Assembly: GCA_030526535.1 (NCBI GenBank) | Contig: JAUNCP010000001.1 | Span: forward strand, 1 to 46,907 | DNA: 46,907 nt | Direction: 5' to 3' | Source: Clostridia bacterium | Lineage (GTDB): Bacteria; Bacillota; Clostridia; Oscillospirales; Acutalibacteraceae | Shown: positions 29,453 to 38,848 of the stretch, in pieces | How the letters are laid out: each line of letters opens with the position of its first letter | Numbering within the stretch: the first letter of the stretch is position 1 | Notes under the pieces: generated by a model | The model's input: only the letters and a program-made list of their open reading frames with translations | Told to the model about the DNA's origin: nothing | Database searches by the model: none | Program-made: the position numbers and the translations under genes

Positions 29453-29827
29453 TTATTTTACATCAACAGTAAATTTAAGACTACTTTTTATAGGATTTAC
29501 TCCTATCGCACAGCAACCCATACTTTTAACTCTTTGTGAACCCGGAAAACTTTTATATATTTTGAGAGCCTCTTCGTCACTATCTACGAACGGCACAATG
29601 TTTTCGAGTTTCTCGCCTGAAATCATTTCTTCAAAGCTTTTATAAAAATGCAAATATATAATCTCACACAGAACAAATTCGCCTTTACCTTTTAAAAGTA
29701 ATTCGTCCCCTACTTTGAAATTTCTAATATTATTAGTTGCTATACGGCATTCTGCTTTTTTAATTTTCAAACTTATATACTGCAAAAACGGTAACTTTTT
29801 ATTATTAATTATACTTAATTCGTGCAA
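29453..29827 (-). CDS. ASCH (PUA-like) domain protein
   Basis: ~124 aa with the pattern F..I..G.K..E.R.......F.VGD.L.L......V.CEI..L..Y.SFEEM, as in ASCH proteins. GGAG RBS before the TTG start. Confidence 0.5.
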   Translation of the reverse strand: MHELSIINNKKLPFLQYISLKIKKAECRIATNNIRNFKVGDELLLKGKGEFVLCEIIYLHFYKSFEEMISGEKLENIVPFVDSDEEALKIYKSFPGSQRVKSMGCCAIGVNPIKSSLKFTVDVK

Positions 29828-29839
29828 AAAATCACACTC

Positions 29840-30961
29840 CTATTTTTTTATAACATCCGTGATGATTTTATAAATCCTTTCGCTAGAATCTGTAATTGCA
29901 ATGCGTTTTAAATTTTTAGAATAATTTTCAGCGATATTTTTTTCGCTGTCTAAAATTTTATTTATTTCTGCCCAAAGCTTTTCTTCGTTTAAATCTTTTT
30001 CCTCTATAATACTTGCGGCACCTTCGTTTACAAGTGCCATAGCGTTATGATACTGATGATTTTCAGCAACATTCGGTGAAGGAACTAAAATTGCAGGTTT
30101 TTGCGAAGCCTGTATTTCGCTCAGTGTCGTCGCACCTGACCTACAAATTACTAAATCTGCCGCCGCTAAACATTCCGGCATGTTTTTTATATACTCTTTT
30201 ATTATGTATTTACCGTCAGACTTTGTGTTTACACCATTTAAAGCGAGTTGTTTTTCGAAACTATGCTCGTTTTTTCCGTATCCATGAATAAACGTGAAAT
30301 CATTTTCGTTATGATGCTTTATAAAAATATTTTTCATGACATTGTTTATCGTTTTAGCGCCTAAACTTCCGCCAAACGAAAGTATAACCTTTTCGGTTTT
30401 TATTCCTAAATTTTTCCTAGCTTCATTCTTTTCTATATTGGCTATTTTTCGTCTGACAGGAGTTCCGACGACTTCGCATTTAGACGATGTCGGTAAATAT
30501 TTTTTGACCTCGTTATTTATGATTAAAACCTTATTTGCTTTTTTAGCAAGAAGCTTTGTAGTAACCCCGGGATAAGAATTTGAGTCATGAATTAAAAACG
30601 GAATTCCTAATTTTGCCGCAGCTCTTAAAAAAGGGCCGCTCACATATCCTCCCGTTCCAACGCAAATATCGGGGTTGAAGTCTTTTATTATTTTTTTTGA
30701 TTCCAATGTTGAAATAAATATATTTTTCAAGGTAGTTATATTTTTTTTGAAAGAATCAAAATTTATTTTTCTTGAAAAACCCGAAACTGTTATCCCTTTA
30801 AAATCAAGCCCTTCTTCTTTTACAAGACGCTCTTCCATTCCGTTTTTAGCTCCAACATAAAGTATTTCGGAAGTTTTATCTTGGCTTTTTACGTATTCAG
30901 CAAGCGCTAACGCTGGATTTATATGTCCCGCTGTTCCTCCGCCGACAAAAATTATTCTCAA
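29840..30961 (-). CDS. murG: undecaprenyldiphospho-muramoylpentapeptide beta-N-acetylglucosaminyltransferase
   Basis: MRIIFVGGGTAGHINPALA N-terminus, GGYVSGP, and the C-terminal ..ICRSGATTLSE.. motif. Confidence 0.93.
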   Translation of the reverse strand: MRIIFVGGGTAGHINPALALAEYVKSQDKTSEILYVGAKNGMEERLVKEEGLDFKGITVSGFSRKINFDSFKKNITTLKNIFISTLESKKIIKDFNPDICVGTGGYVSGPFLRAAAKLGIPFLIHDSNSYPGVTTKLLAKKANKVLIINNEVKKYLPTSSKCEVVGTPVRRKIANIEKNEARKNLGIKTEKVILSFGGSLGAKTINNVMKNIFIKHHNENDFTFIHGYGKNEHSFEKQLALNGVNTKSDGKYIIKEYIKNMPECLAAADLVICRSGATTLSEIQASQKPAILVPSPNVAENHQYHNAMALVNEGAASIIEEKDLNEEKLWAEINKILDSEKNIAENYSKNLKRIAITDSSERIYKIITDVIKK

Positions 30962-31005
30962 AATATTAACCTCGTTTCAATAAAATTAAATAACAAAATT
31001 TTTAT

Positions 31006-32244
31006 TTATGCTTTTTCTATATTTGCAGTACGAGATATCGACAATACTACTCCCATTTGCGCTAACAACATAAGAAGTGATGTTCCTCCATAACTAAAAA
31101 ACGGCAAGCTTATTCCGGTATTTGGTATTGTGTTCGTTACAACCGCTATATTTAAAATTACTTGTAATCCTACTTGTGCGGTTAATCCAACTCCTAAAAG
31201 TACGCCGAATTTATCTTTTGCATGCATGGATATTGTAATCCCTCTCCAAACCAACATCGCAAACAAAAGCAAAATTATAACCGCTCCGATAAACCCTAAT
31301 TCCTCACAGACAACTGCAAATATAAAGTCATTTTGTGGCTCGGGAATATACAAATATTTTTGTCTGGAATTTCCAAGTCCCAGTCCCCAAAGTCCTCCCG
31401 AACCTATTGCGTAAAGTCCTTGACGTGTTTGCCAAGTATCTACTCCGGCAGCTGGCGAAAAAGGATCCAGCCAACCTGAAATTCTGTTATTCGCATACGT
31501 TAATTTCTTAGTGAATAAAACAAGATACAAAATGGCTGAAGCAATTGCTCCTAAAACCATTCCGAACCATTTTAGTTGCACTCCACCGACAAATAGCATT
31601 CCGGCAGCTAATAAAACTACTATTGCCGTACAAGAAATATGGGGTTCCAAAGCTAACAATATTGCAGTAGGTACCAAAATTATAAGATACGGAAGTATTC
31701 CGTATTTAAACGTTCCCATTCTTTGAAAATTTAAATTTATAAAATGCGCAAATGATACTACTATCGCAAACTTTGTTATTTCTGACGCCTGAAAGCTAAA
31801 TGAACCTAATTGCACCCACCTGTGTACACCATTTCGTGCAGGCATCAATAAAACTATTACAAGCAGAAAAAATGAAACACATAAAATCGGGACTGCCCAT
31901 CTGTGAAAACACGCATAATCTATATGAGAAATCGCTATCATTGCAATTACTCCCATAATCGCAAAAACCACCTGATTCTTTATAAAATAGAAACTGTCAC
32001 CCTTGTGAAGATAATATGCATTCGGATAACTGGCCGAAAACATCATAACAAGTCCGATAACTAAAATCGTAAGTACCAAAAATAAAAATGGTAGATCCAT
32101 ATTCGATTTCAAAGATAAAATTTTAAATTCCGAAAGCATTGACTTGATATTGAATTTTTTCTTTTTTCTTACAGAAGAGCCTTTTTTTAAAATATTTTTA
32201 CTATTTGAATTTTTATATTTACTATCTCTTTTTTTATCTCTCAT
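31006..32244 (-). CDS. ftsW: FtsW/RodA/SpoVE-family (SEDS) peptidoglycan polymerase
   Basis: About ten TM helices and conserved blocks QPSE-like (FQASEITK), IPEPQNDFIF and SYGGTSLL. AGGAGGG RBS favours ATG 32244. In a spore former at this position it may be spoVE. Confidence 0.88.
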   Translation of the reverse strand: MRDKKRDSKYKNSNSKNILKKGSSVRKKKKFNIKSMLSEFKILSLKSNMDLPFLFLVLTILVIGLVMMFSASYPNAYYLHKGDSFYFIKNQVVFAIMGVIAMIAISHIDYACFHRWAVPILCVSFFLLVIVLLMPARNGVHRWVQLGSFSFQASEITKFAIVVSFAHFINLNFQRMGTFKYGILPYLIILVPTAILLALEPHISCTAIVVLLAAGMLFVGGVQLKWFGMVLGAIASAILYLVLFTKKLTYANNRISGWLDPFSPAAGVDTWQTRQGLYAIGSGGLWGLGLGNSRQKYLYIPEPQNDFIFAVVCEELGFIGAVIILLLFAMLVWRGITISMHAKDKFGVLLGVGLTAQVGLQVILNIAVVTNTIPNTGISLPFFSYGGTSLLMLLAQMGVVLSISRTANIEKA

Positions 32245-32276
32245 TAAGACCCTCCTGCTAAAATAAAAAATAATTT

Positions 32277-33323
32277 CTAAAAACAATTCAAAACCAATAA
32301 AGTTGATATTACTCCCAAAAATATAGTTGCTATACTAAAAACCACACAAATTTTCGCTTCGCTCCAACCACACATTTCAAAATGATGATGAATCGGACTC
32401 ATTTTGAAAAGACGTTTACCTTTTGAAATTTTGAAATAAACAACTTGAAGTATTACGGAAAACATCTCTAAAATATATACGAATGATAGAATTATCATAG
32501 GAATATGAATTCCTGCTCCCAAACCCACAGCACAGACCATTCCGCCTAAAAACAAAGAACCCGTATCTCCCATAAATACTTTTGCAGGATGAAAATTCCA
32601 AAATAAAAACCCTAAACATCCTCCGGCAAGTGCGGCGGATTCAATTCCCAATCCAAACATTCCTAAAAAATTAGTTATAAACATGCAAAAAATCGCTATA
32701 AAGAACGCAACTGATGCACTCAGACCATCTATTCCGTCTGTAAGATTAGCCGCATTCACTATACCTACAACTATTATTCCAAAAATTATCCAATAAAATA
32801 TTCCAAAATCTACATTTCCTATGAAAGGAATATTTACTATTGTTAATTTTGCTCCGCCATTAATTTCGTTTATCATATTCAAAACTAAAAAATAACAGCC
32901 GACTATCCCAAACTGCAGAATTAATTTTTGCTTTGGTGTAAGACCCGCATTATGCTTTTTCTTTATTTTTACCAAATCATCTATAACGCCAACCAGACCA
33001 TAGGCTACCGCCATACCTAACCCGGCAAAAATCTTAGTTATCATAAACGGTGTTTCAGTAACATACATTCCATTTTTTGCAGAAATTGTATAATACATAG
33101 GCACACAAATAACAGTAGCAATAATTGTACTTATGATGAACATTATTCCTCCCATTGTTGGGGTCCCTTGTTTATTTTTATGCCATGAGGGTCCTATTTC
33201 TAATATTGTTTGACCGTATTTTAATTTATGCAAAAATGGTATCATGAATTTTCCTAAAATCACAGTGACTAAAAAAGAAATTAAAATCGCTGATATTGCT
33301 GATAATTCATAAGTATTTAACAT
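32277..33323 (-). CDS. mraY: phospho-N-acetylmuramoyl-pentapeptide-transferase
   Basis: PTMGGI, NLTDGIDGL, MGDTGSLFLGG and PIHHHFE motifs. Confidence 0.95.
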   Translation of the reverse strand: MLNTYELSAISAILISFLVTVILGKFMIPFLHKLKYGQTILEIGPSWHKNKQGTPTMGGIMFIISTIIATVICVPMYYTISAKNGMYVTETPFMITKIFAGLGMAVAYGLVGVIDDLVKIKKKHNAGLTPKQKLILQFGIVGCYFLVLNMINEINGGAKLTIVNIPFIGNVDFGIFYWIIFGIIVVGIVNAANLTDGIDGLSASVAFFIAIFCMFITNFLGMFGLGIESAALAGGCLGFLFWNFHPAKVFMGDTGSLFLGGMVCAVGLGAGIHIPMIILSFVYILEMFSVILQVVYFKISKGKRLFKMSPIHHHFEMCGWSEAKICVVFSIATIFLGVISTLLVLNCF

Positions 33324-33384
33324 TTTGTGCCTCCAAGATTTTATATCCTAAAAATTATATAACAACTATAATTTTAAGACAACG

Positions 33385-35607
33385 TTATGTACTATTTTCT
33401 TTGTGCATAAATCCAACCGTCACAGTAGTTCCGGGTTTAACCTCTGTGCCTTCGGGTATACTTTGTGTTGCTGAAATTACTCCAGATTGCGTCAAATCCG
33501 TTCCGGAAAACTTAACGTTGATATTTGAGTTTATAGCCAATTTATTAACTTGAGCAACAGATAATCCTATAAGCTTTGGAACTTTCACTGTACTTTCCTC
33601 ACCTTTATTTTCAGTATAAATAACAACCGTTCCGCCTTTTGGGATTTGTTCGTTAGGCAAAGGCATTTGGGAAATTACCTTTTCTCCATTTCCTATTACA
33701 ACCGGACTTAAATAATTTTCTGAAATACTGTTTTTTGCCTCATTTACGGTTTTACCTATTACGTCTGGTGCTTTAGCGTCAAGCTTTTTAATTTCATCTT
33801 CTGTATATATTTTTTCTATTCCCATATAAGGAAGTATTTCTTGCATCATTTTTGCAAATGCCGGTGCAGCTACGGCGCTACCATAATATAATCCGCCTGT
33901 AGGTGTATCAAAAAACACTAAAATAGCGATTTTAGGATCATCATATGGAGCAAATCCACAAAATGAAGATATATAGTCCTTTATCCCGTGAGTACTAAGA
34001 CCTATTTTTTCTGACGTACCGGTTTTTCCTGCAATTCTGTAACCTGGCACATATGCATTCTTTGCGGCACCATTTACAGCATTTTCATAAAGCATAGCGG
34101 TTACTCTTTTGGCCGTTCTTTCGGATATAACTCTTCTTTTAATAAACGGGTCAATAGATTTTACAATATTTCCGTCTCCGTCCAAAATTTCTTTAACTAT
34201 ATGCGGTTGAACCAAATTTCCGCCATTTGCGATTGTTGAAGCCGCTGTAATCATTTGAATTGGCGTTATACCGAAATTTTGACCCATAGAAGCAACTGCT
34301 AAATCCGTTATAGACATTTTCCCGTCTGCACTGAAAAATAAATCTGTAGATTCTCCGGGTAAATCTATATTGGTTTTATTATGAAATCCAAACGACTTAT
34401 AAAAATTAAAAAAATTTGAAGTACCAATTCTTTGTCCCAACTGTATAAATGCCGGGTTACATGAATTACATAACGCACGTACAAAATCCTGTGTTCCATG
34501 TCCGCCACGCTTATGACATCCTATCGCTTTAGCACCTTCGCACGGCTTAAATGAACCGCTACAAGTGAATGTTGACTGTTCGTTCACAACATCAAGTTCT
34601 AATCCCATAGAAGCTGTTACCATCTTGAAAACAGAACCCGGATAATATGTATCACTTACGGCTTTATTTCTCCATTGCCTTGAAAGTGCTTCGCTTTTAG
34701 CCTTTTGCCGCTCTTCTTCAGGTAAATTATCAATAGTTTCTTTTTCTTCCTCATCGCAAATTTTAAAAGGTTCATTGGGGTCAAAATCGCCTTTAACAGC
34801 CATGCCTAAAATTTCGCCTGTTTTTACGTCCATAGCTATTGCGGCGGCTCGGTTTTTTACCTTGTTATTTTTTATTCCTTCTTCCAAATTTTTTTCCATT
34901 ATTCTCTGAATTGTTTCGTCTATGCAAAGTCTTAAATTGCAACCGGATTTAGTTGGAATCATTTGCTCATAATCAAAAGGCATGTCTGTTCCGATAGCGT
35001 TTTTTGCTGTAAGAATTCTTCCGGGCTCACCTTTCAAATACTTATCATAAAACGCTTCTATTCCGGCTAAACCTTGACTGTCAGCTCCTGTAAAACCTAA
35101 AACCACCGAAGCAAAATTTCCAAGCGGATAATATCTTTTGTAGTCCTCTATAAGCCTTACTCCGCTTGCAATTTTATTTTCAGATTTAAACTGCAAAATT
35201 TTATCTTTTACATCACTGTCAACTTTTTTCTTTATTATCGTATAACAAGACCTTTTCTTAGATAATTCATAAAGCTTTTCTTTTTCCAGTCCTAAAATTT
35301 CGCTCATACCATTACAAATTATTTCACGTTTTTTATCACTGTCTATGTAAGCCGGCTCTAAAACAACCGTCCATACAGTAGCGCTTTGTGCCAACGGTTG
35401 CATATTTCTGTCATAAATAGTTCCACGCTGTGCACTTATTTTAGTATCAGCCATTTGTTGCTCAGATGCCATACGTTCAAAAAATTCGCCTTGAAAAATC
35501 TGTAAATTTACAAGCCTGAATATCAATAGTGAAAAACAAAAAATAACCAGCACGAATAATATTACGACAACTCTATGCCGCATCCTCACGGTAGTTCCCT
35601 TAGCCAA
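33385..35607 (-). CDS. class B penicillin-binding protein (PBP2B/SpoVD/FtsI-type) with two C-terminal PASTA domains
   Basis: N-terminal TM and dimerisation domain. Transpeptidase motifs PGSVFK, SCN and KTGTS. Two PASTA-like repeats (PDVIGKTVNEAK...; VPKLIGLSVAQVNKL...). Confidence 0.9.
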   Translation of the reverse strand: MAKGTTVRMRHRVVVILFVLVIFCFSLLIFRLVNLQIFQGEFFERMASEQQMADTKISAQRGTIYDRNMQPLAQSATVWTVVLEPAYIDSDKKREIICNGMSEILGLEKEKLYELSKKRSCYTIIKKKVDSDVKDKILQFKSENKIASGVRLIEDYKRYYPLGNFASVVLGFTGADSQGLAGIEAFYDKYLKGEPGRILTAKNAIGTDMPFDYEQMIPTKSGCNLRLCIDETIQRIMEKNLEEGIKNNKVKNRAAAIAMDVKTGEILGMAVKGDFDPNEPFKICDEEEKETIDNLPEEERQKAKSEALSRQWRNKAVSDTYYPGSVFKMVTASMGLELDVVNEQSTFTCSGSFKPCEGAKAIGCHKRGGHGTQDFVRALCNSCNPAFIQLGQRIGTSNFFNFYKSFGFHNKTNIDLPGESTDLFFSADGKMSITDLAVASMGQNFGITPIQMITAASTIANGGNLVQPHIVKEILDGDGNIVKSIDPFIKRRVISERTAKRVTAMLYENAVNGAAKNAYVPGYRIAGKTGTSEKIGLSTHGIKDYISSFCGFAPYDDPKIAILVFFDTPTGGLYYGSAVAAPAFAKMMQEILPYMGIEKIYTEDEIKKLDAKAPDVIGKTVNEAKNSISENYLSPVVIGNGEKVISQMPLPNEQIPKGGTVVIYTENKGEESTVKVPKLIGLSVAQVNKLAINSNINVKFSGTDLTQSGVISATQSIPEGTEVKPGTTVTVGFMHKENST

Positions 35608-35734
35608 ATTTTTACACCTCTCGTATTAACTCGTTATTTTATATAAATAAATTCTAATTTGTTATATATTTTATTATAATACTTATTTTCAAATTAAACA
35701 AGTTATTACAAATAATTACTAATTAAAAATTTGA

Positions 35735-35779
35735 TATTTCGAAAAAATTAAGTTTACGAATTGAAAATCGTAAACTTAA
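35735..35779 (-). terminator. Rho-independent terminator downstream of the repeat-protein locus
   Basis: Perfect 12-bp stem: ttaagtttacga (35748-35759) pairs with tcgtaaacttaa (35768-35779), with an 8-nt loop. The minus strand then reads TTTTTTCGAAA. Confidence 0.7.
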
Positions 35780-35879
35780 TCTCTATGATTTTTGAAACAA
35801 AATTTTGTGAAATTTATTTATAGATATTATCACTTAATAAATATTCTCGCATATATGATTATTTTTTATAAACAATAAA

Positions 35880-36137
35880 TTAAACATCGTACTTTACTCG
35901 TCTTACTACTACATTACGATTAAGTTTTGTAATGTCATTTTCATTAATTTCTATATCACTATAAATATTCAGCGTTACATCACGGTTTTGTGCGATTGCG
36001 CCTTCATTCAATCTAGCATCACCATAAATATTCAGCGTTACGTTATTAGTTGATTCATAACTCCATGCAATCGCATCTTTAAGCAATTGCGAGTCATCAT
36101 AAATATTAAGAGTCGTGTTTCCTTGTGGGTAAATAAT
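35880..36137 (-). pseudogene. in-frame 3' continuation of the upstream repeat-protein gene, cut off by a single TAA
   Basis: It is in the same frame as 36138-37322. It encodes IIYPQGNTTLNIYDDSQLL...NNVTLNIYGDARLNEGAIAQNRDVTLNIYSDIEINENDI, three more copies of the ~21-25 aa xLNIY repeat. The track ORF 35880-36086 is the part after an internal TTG. Confidence 0.6.
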
Positions 36138-37322
36138 TTACATGTAACCCAAATCAGTGTTATGTACATTTAATATGAAATTATCAATAACTCCACCAAA
36201 AAGATCTTCATCTTTATTCGTAAAACATGAATCATAAATATTTATTACTGAATCTGAACAACTACGAAATGCATACATTCCTGCTCTAGCTCTCACAATG
36301 TTTAACGTTAAATTACAAAATCTAGAAAAAGAATCGCTAGAAATTTCGAACTTTTGTTCTCTTTCCGGTCTTATTGTAAAAATAATATTTCCACAGTCTA
36401 ACATATTATTAGAAATATCAATATGGTCATTTCTAATTTCCGGAATTTCTACTCCTTTTTTCTTCAATTCTTGAATTATATATCTTAAGTGACGACGTCC
36501 TAATTTGTTACCTTTTTTAACAACAATATATACTAACGCTTTTTTAGATTTTCCATTATTACTTTCTATTGTATCTATCGTGTATTTTATACCTTCACAT
36601 TCTTCAGAAAGCTCTAAGTCATCAAATTCTGAAGCCATACAGTTCATAAATTTTTTCAGACGATTATATTTATCTTTGTTATTTTTAATAGAAAGTAATC
36701 CTTCAAGTTCAATTGATAAATTTTTTTCTAATTCTTGATAATTTTGATACTTTTCTTTAATTCTTTGTATACGTTCAGCAATTTTTTGAATTTTTTCTTG
36801 ATCGGAATTGCTATTTGAAGAATGTTTATTTAATTTTTCTAATTTAAGTTCTAATTCAAATATTTCTTGAACATCTTTAACTTTACTAATTAACTCATCG
36901 CTATATTCTTTATCATATCCATTAATAAATAAAGCGTTACGTATAATTTCATCTATTCCAAAACTATAATCAAAAATAATTTTTTTATCTTTAATTTCAT
37001 CTACATTAGTTTCAGAACCATATAAACATAACGTTTGTAATTGTGGAAACAATTTTGTTACATTTTCTTTCGTAACTGGAATGGGATTAATATGCGTCAT
37101 TTTCAGAGTATCTAAACATTTTTTATTTATTTGTGCATATTTAATCAATGTTTCTTTATCACGTATCTTTTGCATAACACTCAACAGGAAAATTTTTCCT
37201 AATCCTTTTTTATTAGAACTCATAGCACTTACGCTTTGAATACCAACTAATCCTCCGGTCAATAGTGTTGTTCCAAGAACAAATGTTAAAAGTTTTTTTC
37301 TGATTTTCTTTAAATTGGACAT
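36138..37322 (-). CDS. secreted protein with a central coiled-coil and a C-terminal LRR-like (BspA-type?) xLNIY repeat array, ending at a premature-looking TAA
   Basis: Signal peptide MSNLKKIRKKLLTFVLGTTLLTGGLVGIQSVSA. Coiled-coil segment ELELKLEKLNK...QRIKEKYQNYQELEKN. C-terminal repeats CNLTLNIV.../SVINIYDS.../FILNVHNT... AGAGGAGA RBS. Confidence 0.7.
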   Translation of the reverse strand: MSNLKKIRKKLLTFVLGTTLLTGGLVGIQSVSAMSSNKKGLGKIFLLSVMQKIRDKETLIKYAQINKKCLDTLKMTHINPIPVTKENVTKLFPQLQTLCLYGSETNVDEIKDKKIIFDYSFGIDEIIRNALFINGYDKEYSDELISKVKDVQEIFELELKLEKLNKHSSNSNSDQEKIQKIAERIQRIKEKYQNYQELEKNLSIELEGLLSIKNNKDKYNRLKKFMNCMASEFDDLELSEECEGIKYTIDTIESNNGKSKKALVYIVVKKGNKLGRRHLRYIIQELKKKGVEIPEIRNDHIDISNNMLDCGNIIFTIRPEREQKFEISSDSFSRFCNLTLNIVRARAGMYAFRSCSDSVINIYDSCFTNKDEDLFGGVIDNFILNVHNTDLGYM

Positions 37323-37550
37323 TACATACTCTCCTCTGTTAATTTTTTTGATATTTATAAAAAGGTAATTGTTAAAAACTTGCTAATTAGCATTTATATT
37401 TTAATATAATATTTTGAATTTGTAAAGTATTATTTTTGTAACTCTATGTTTTAAACAAAAATATATAGGTTTTTCAAAAATACAAATGCAAAAATTCTAA
37501 TTTTAAAACTGTGTGTTAAAATAAAATTTCACATATTTATGCGCATATCA

Positions 37551-37582
37551 TAAACAAAAATATCGCCTATTTACAGGCGATA
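37551..37582 (-). terminator. Rho-independent terminator after rpoZ
   Basis: Stem tatcgcct (37561-37568) pairs with aggcgata (37575-37582). The minus strand continues TTTTTGTTTA. Confidence 0.7.
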
Positions 37583-37591
37583 AAAATATTT

Positions 37592-37777
37592 CTATTGTGA
37601 TATTTTAAATTTCCCTTTATTAAAATCCTTAATAGCAAGATTTACCGGTTTTTCTTCAACTATATCGCCTTTTAAAACAATATCATCGGTTATCTCTCTA
37701 GCTCTTTTTGCTATTGCTATCGTTAATAAAAATTTTGCCTCCATATCTTCGATTTTATAGTTTGTTATTTCTACCAC
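37592..37777 (-). CDS. rpoZ: DNA-directed RNA polymerase subunit omega
   Basis: 61 aa with the ..KF.L...IAKRAREI motif. Conserved remA-gmk-rpoZ order. GTG start with a GAGAGGG RBS, overlapping the gmk 3' end. Confidence 0.8.
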   Translation of the reverse strand: MVEITNYKIEDMEAKFLLTIAIAKRAREITDDIVLKGDIVEEKPVNLAIKDFNKGKFKISQ

Positions 37778-38402
37778 TTAAAAGCACCCTCTCTATAGTA
37801 TTTCTATTTTGTAAAACCCTACGGCTTTCAGAATCAATAATCTTAATAATATCATCAGAACATTTATCAATGTTATTATTAACAACCACATAATCATAAA
37901 TATGTGCTTTTTGTATTTCTTTTTCTGCCTCTTTTATTCTTTTCAATATAATATTTTTTTCATCGGTACCTCGTACAATTAGCCTATTTTCCAATTCTTC
38001 CATAGACGGTGGTAAAACAAAAATACTAACAGCACCAAGACATTTTTTCATAATTTTCTCTGCACCATTGACTTCTATCTCTAAAATGACAACTTTTCCA
38101 TTATTTATATCATTTTCAATTTTAGTCTTTGGAGTACCATAAAAATTATCACAATATATTGCATACTCAAGCATTTCATCATTATCTATCATATTTTGGA
38201 ATTTTTCTTTGGACAGAAAATAGTAATCTTTACCATTTATCTCTCCTTTTCTTGGTTGTCTGGTAGTACAAGACACAGATAACTCAAGATTTGGACATTT
38301 TTTAAAGATTTTTTTTATGATAGAATCCTTTCCAACTCCCGATGGACCTGAAAAAATTATTAATATTCCTTTATTATTGCTCACGAATAAATACACATCC
38401 AA
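37755..38402 (-). CDS. gmk: guanylate kinase
   Basis: P-loop SGPSGVGKDS and TTRQPRKGEINGKDYYF motifs. The exact start is uncertain (TTG 38402 or a downstream GTG). Confidence 0.92.
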   Translation of the reverse strand: MDVYLFVSNNKGILIIFSGPSGVGKDSIIKKIFKKCPNLELSVSCTTRQPRKGEINGKDYYFLSKEKFQNMIDNDEMLEYAIYCDNFYGTPKTKIENDINNGKVVILEIEVNGAEKIMKKCLGAVSIFVLPPSMEELENRLIVRGTDEKNIILKRIKEAEKEIQKAHIYDYVVVNNNIDKCSDDIIKIIDSESRRVLQNRNTIERVLLSGRNNKL

Positions 38403-38411
38403 ATAAAAATT

Positions 38412-38666
38412 CTAAAAAGTTAATTCAATGTCACTCCTAGATATCTTATTTACTAAATTTTCAGCAGTAAGCGCTGACAAAACAACATGATCACTATTCA
38501 TTATAATAACAGATTGTGTCTTTCTTCCGCATGACGCGTCAATTAAATTTCCGCTTTCCTTAGCAAGGCGAATCAGACGTTTTATAGGTGCAGAATCTAT
38601 ATTTAAAATAGAAATTACTCTTTCTTCGGATACAAAGTTCCCAAATCCTACATTAAAAAGCTTCAA
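38412..38666 (-). CDS. remA: RemA/DUF370-family regulator
   Basis: Signature N-terminus (NVGFGNFVSEERVISIL..DSAPIKRLI..AKE.G.LIDA..GRKT.SVII), 84 aa, upstream of gmk. Confidence 0.88.
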   Translation of the reverse strand: MKLFNVGFGNFVSEERVISILNIDSAPIKRLIRLAKESGNLIDASCGRKTQSVIIMNSDHVVLSALTAENLVNKISRSDIELTF

Positions 38667-38764
38667 TAAAAATACCTCTCTAAAAGTTCAATTAAAATTT
38701 TGTCTTACTACACACGAAAATTGGTGTATAATAAGACAAAATAAAAAATCGATTAATAAAGACT

Positions 38765-38838
38765 TGGAGGCGCCACCCAGATTCGAACTGGGGATAGAGG
38801 TTTTGCAGACCTCGGCCTTACCACTTGGCTATAGCGCC
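38765..38838 (-). tRNA. tRNA-Cys (GCA)
   Basis: The reverse complement, GGCGCTATAGCCAAGTGGTAAGGCCGAGGTCTGCAAAACCTC...TTCGAATC...GGCGCCTCCA, folds as a cloverleaf. Anticodon loop CTGCAAA. Confidence 0.9.
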
Positions 38839-38848
38839 ATAAAAAAAT

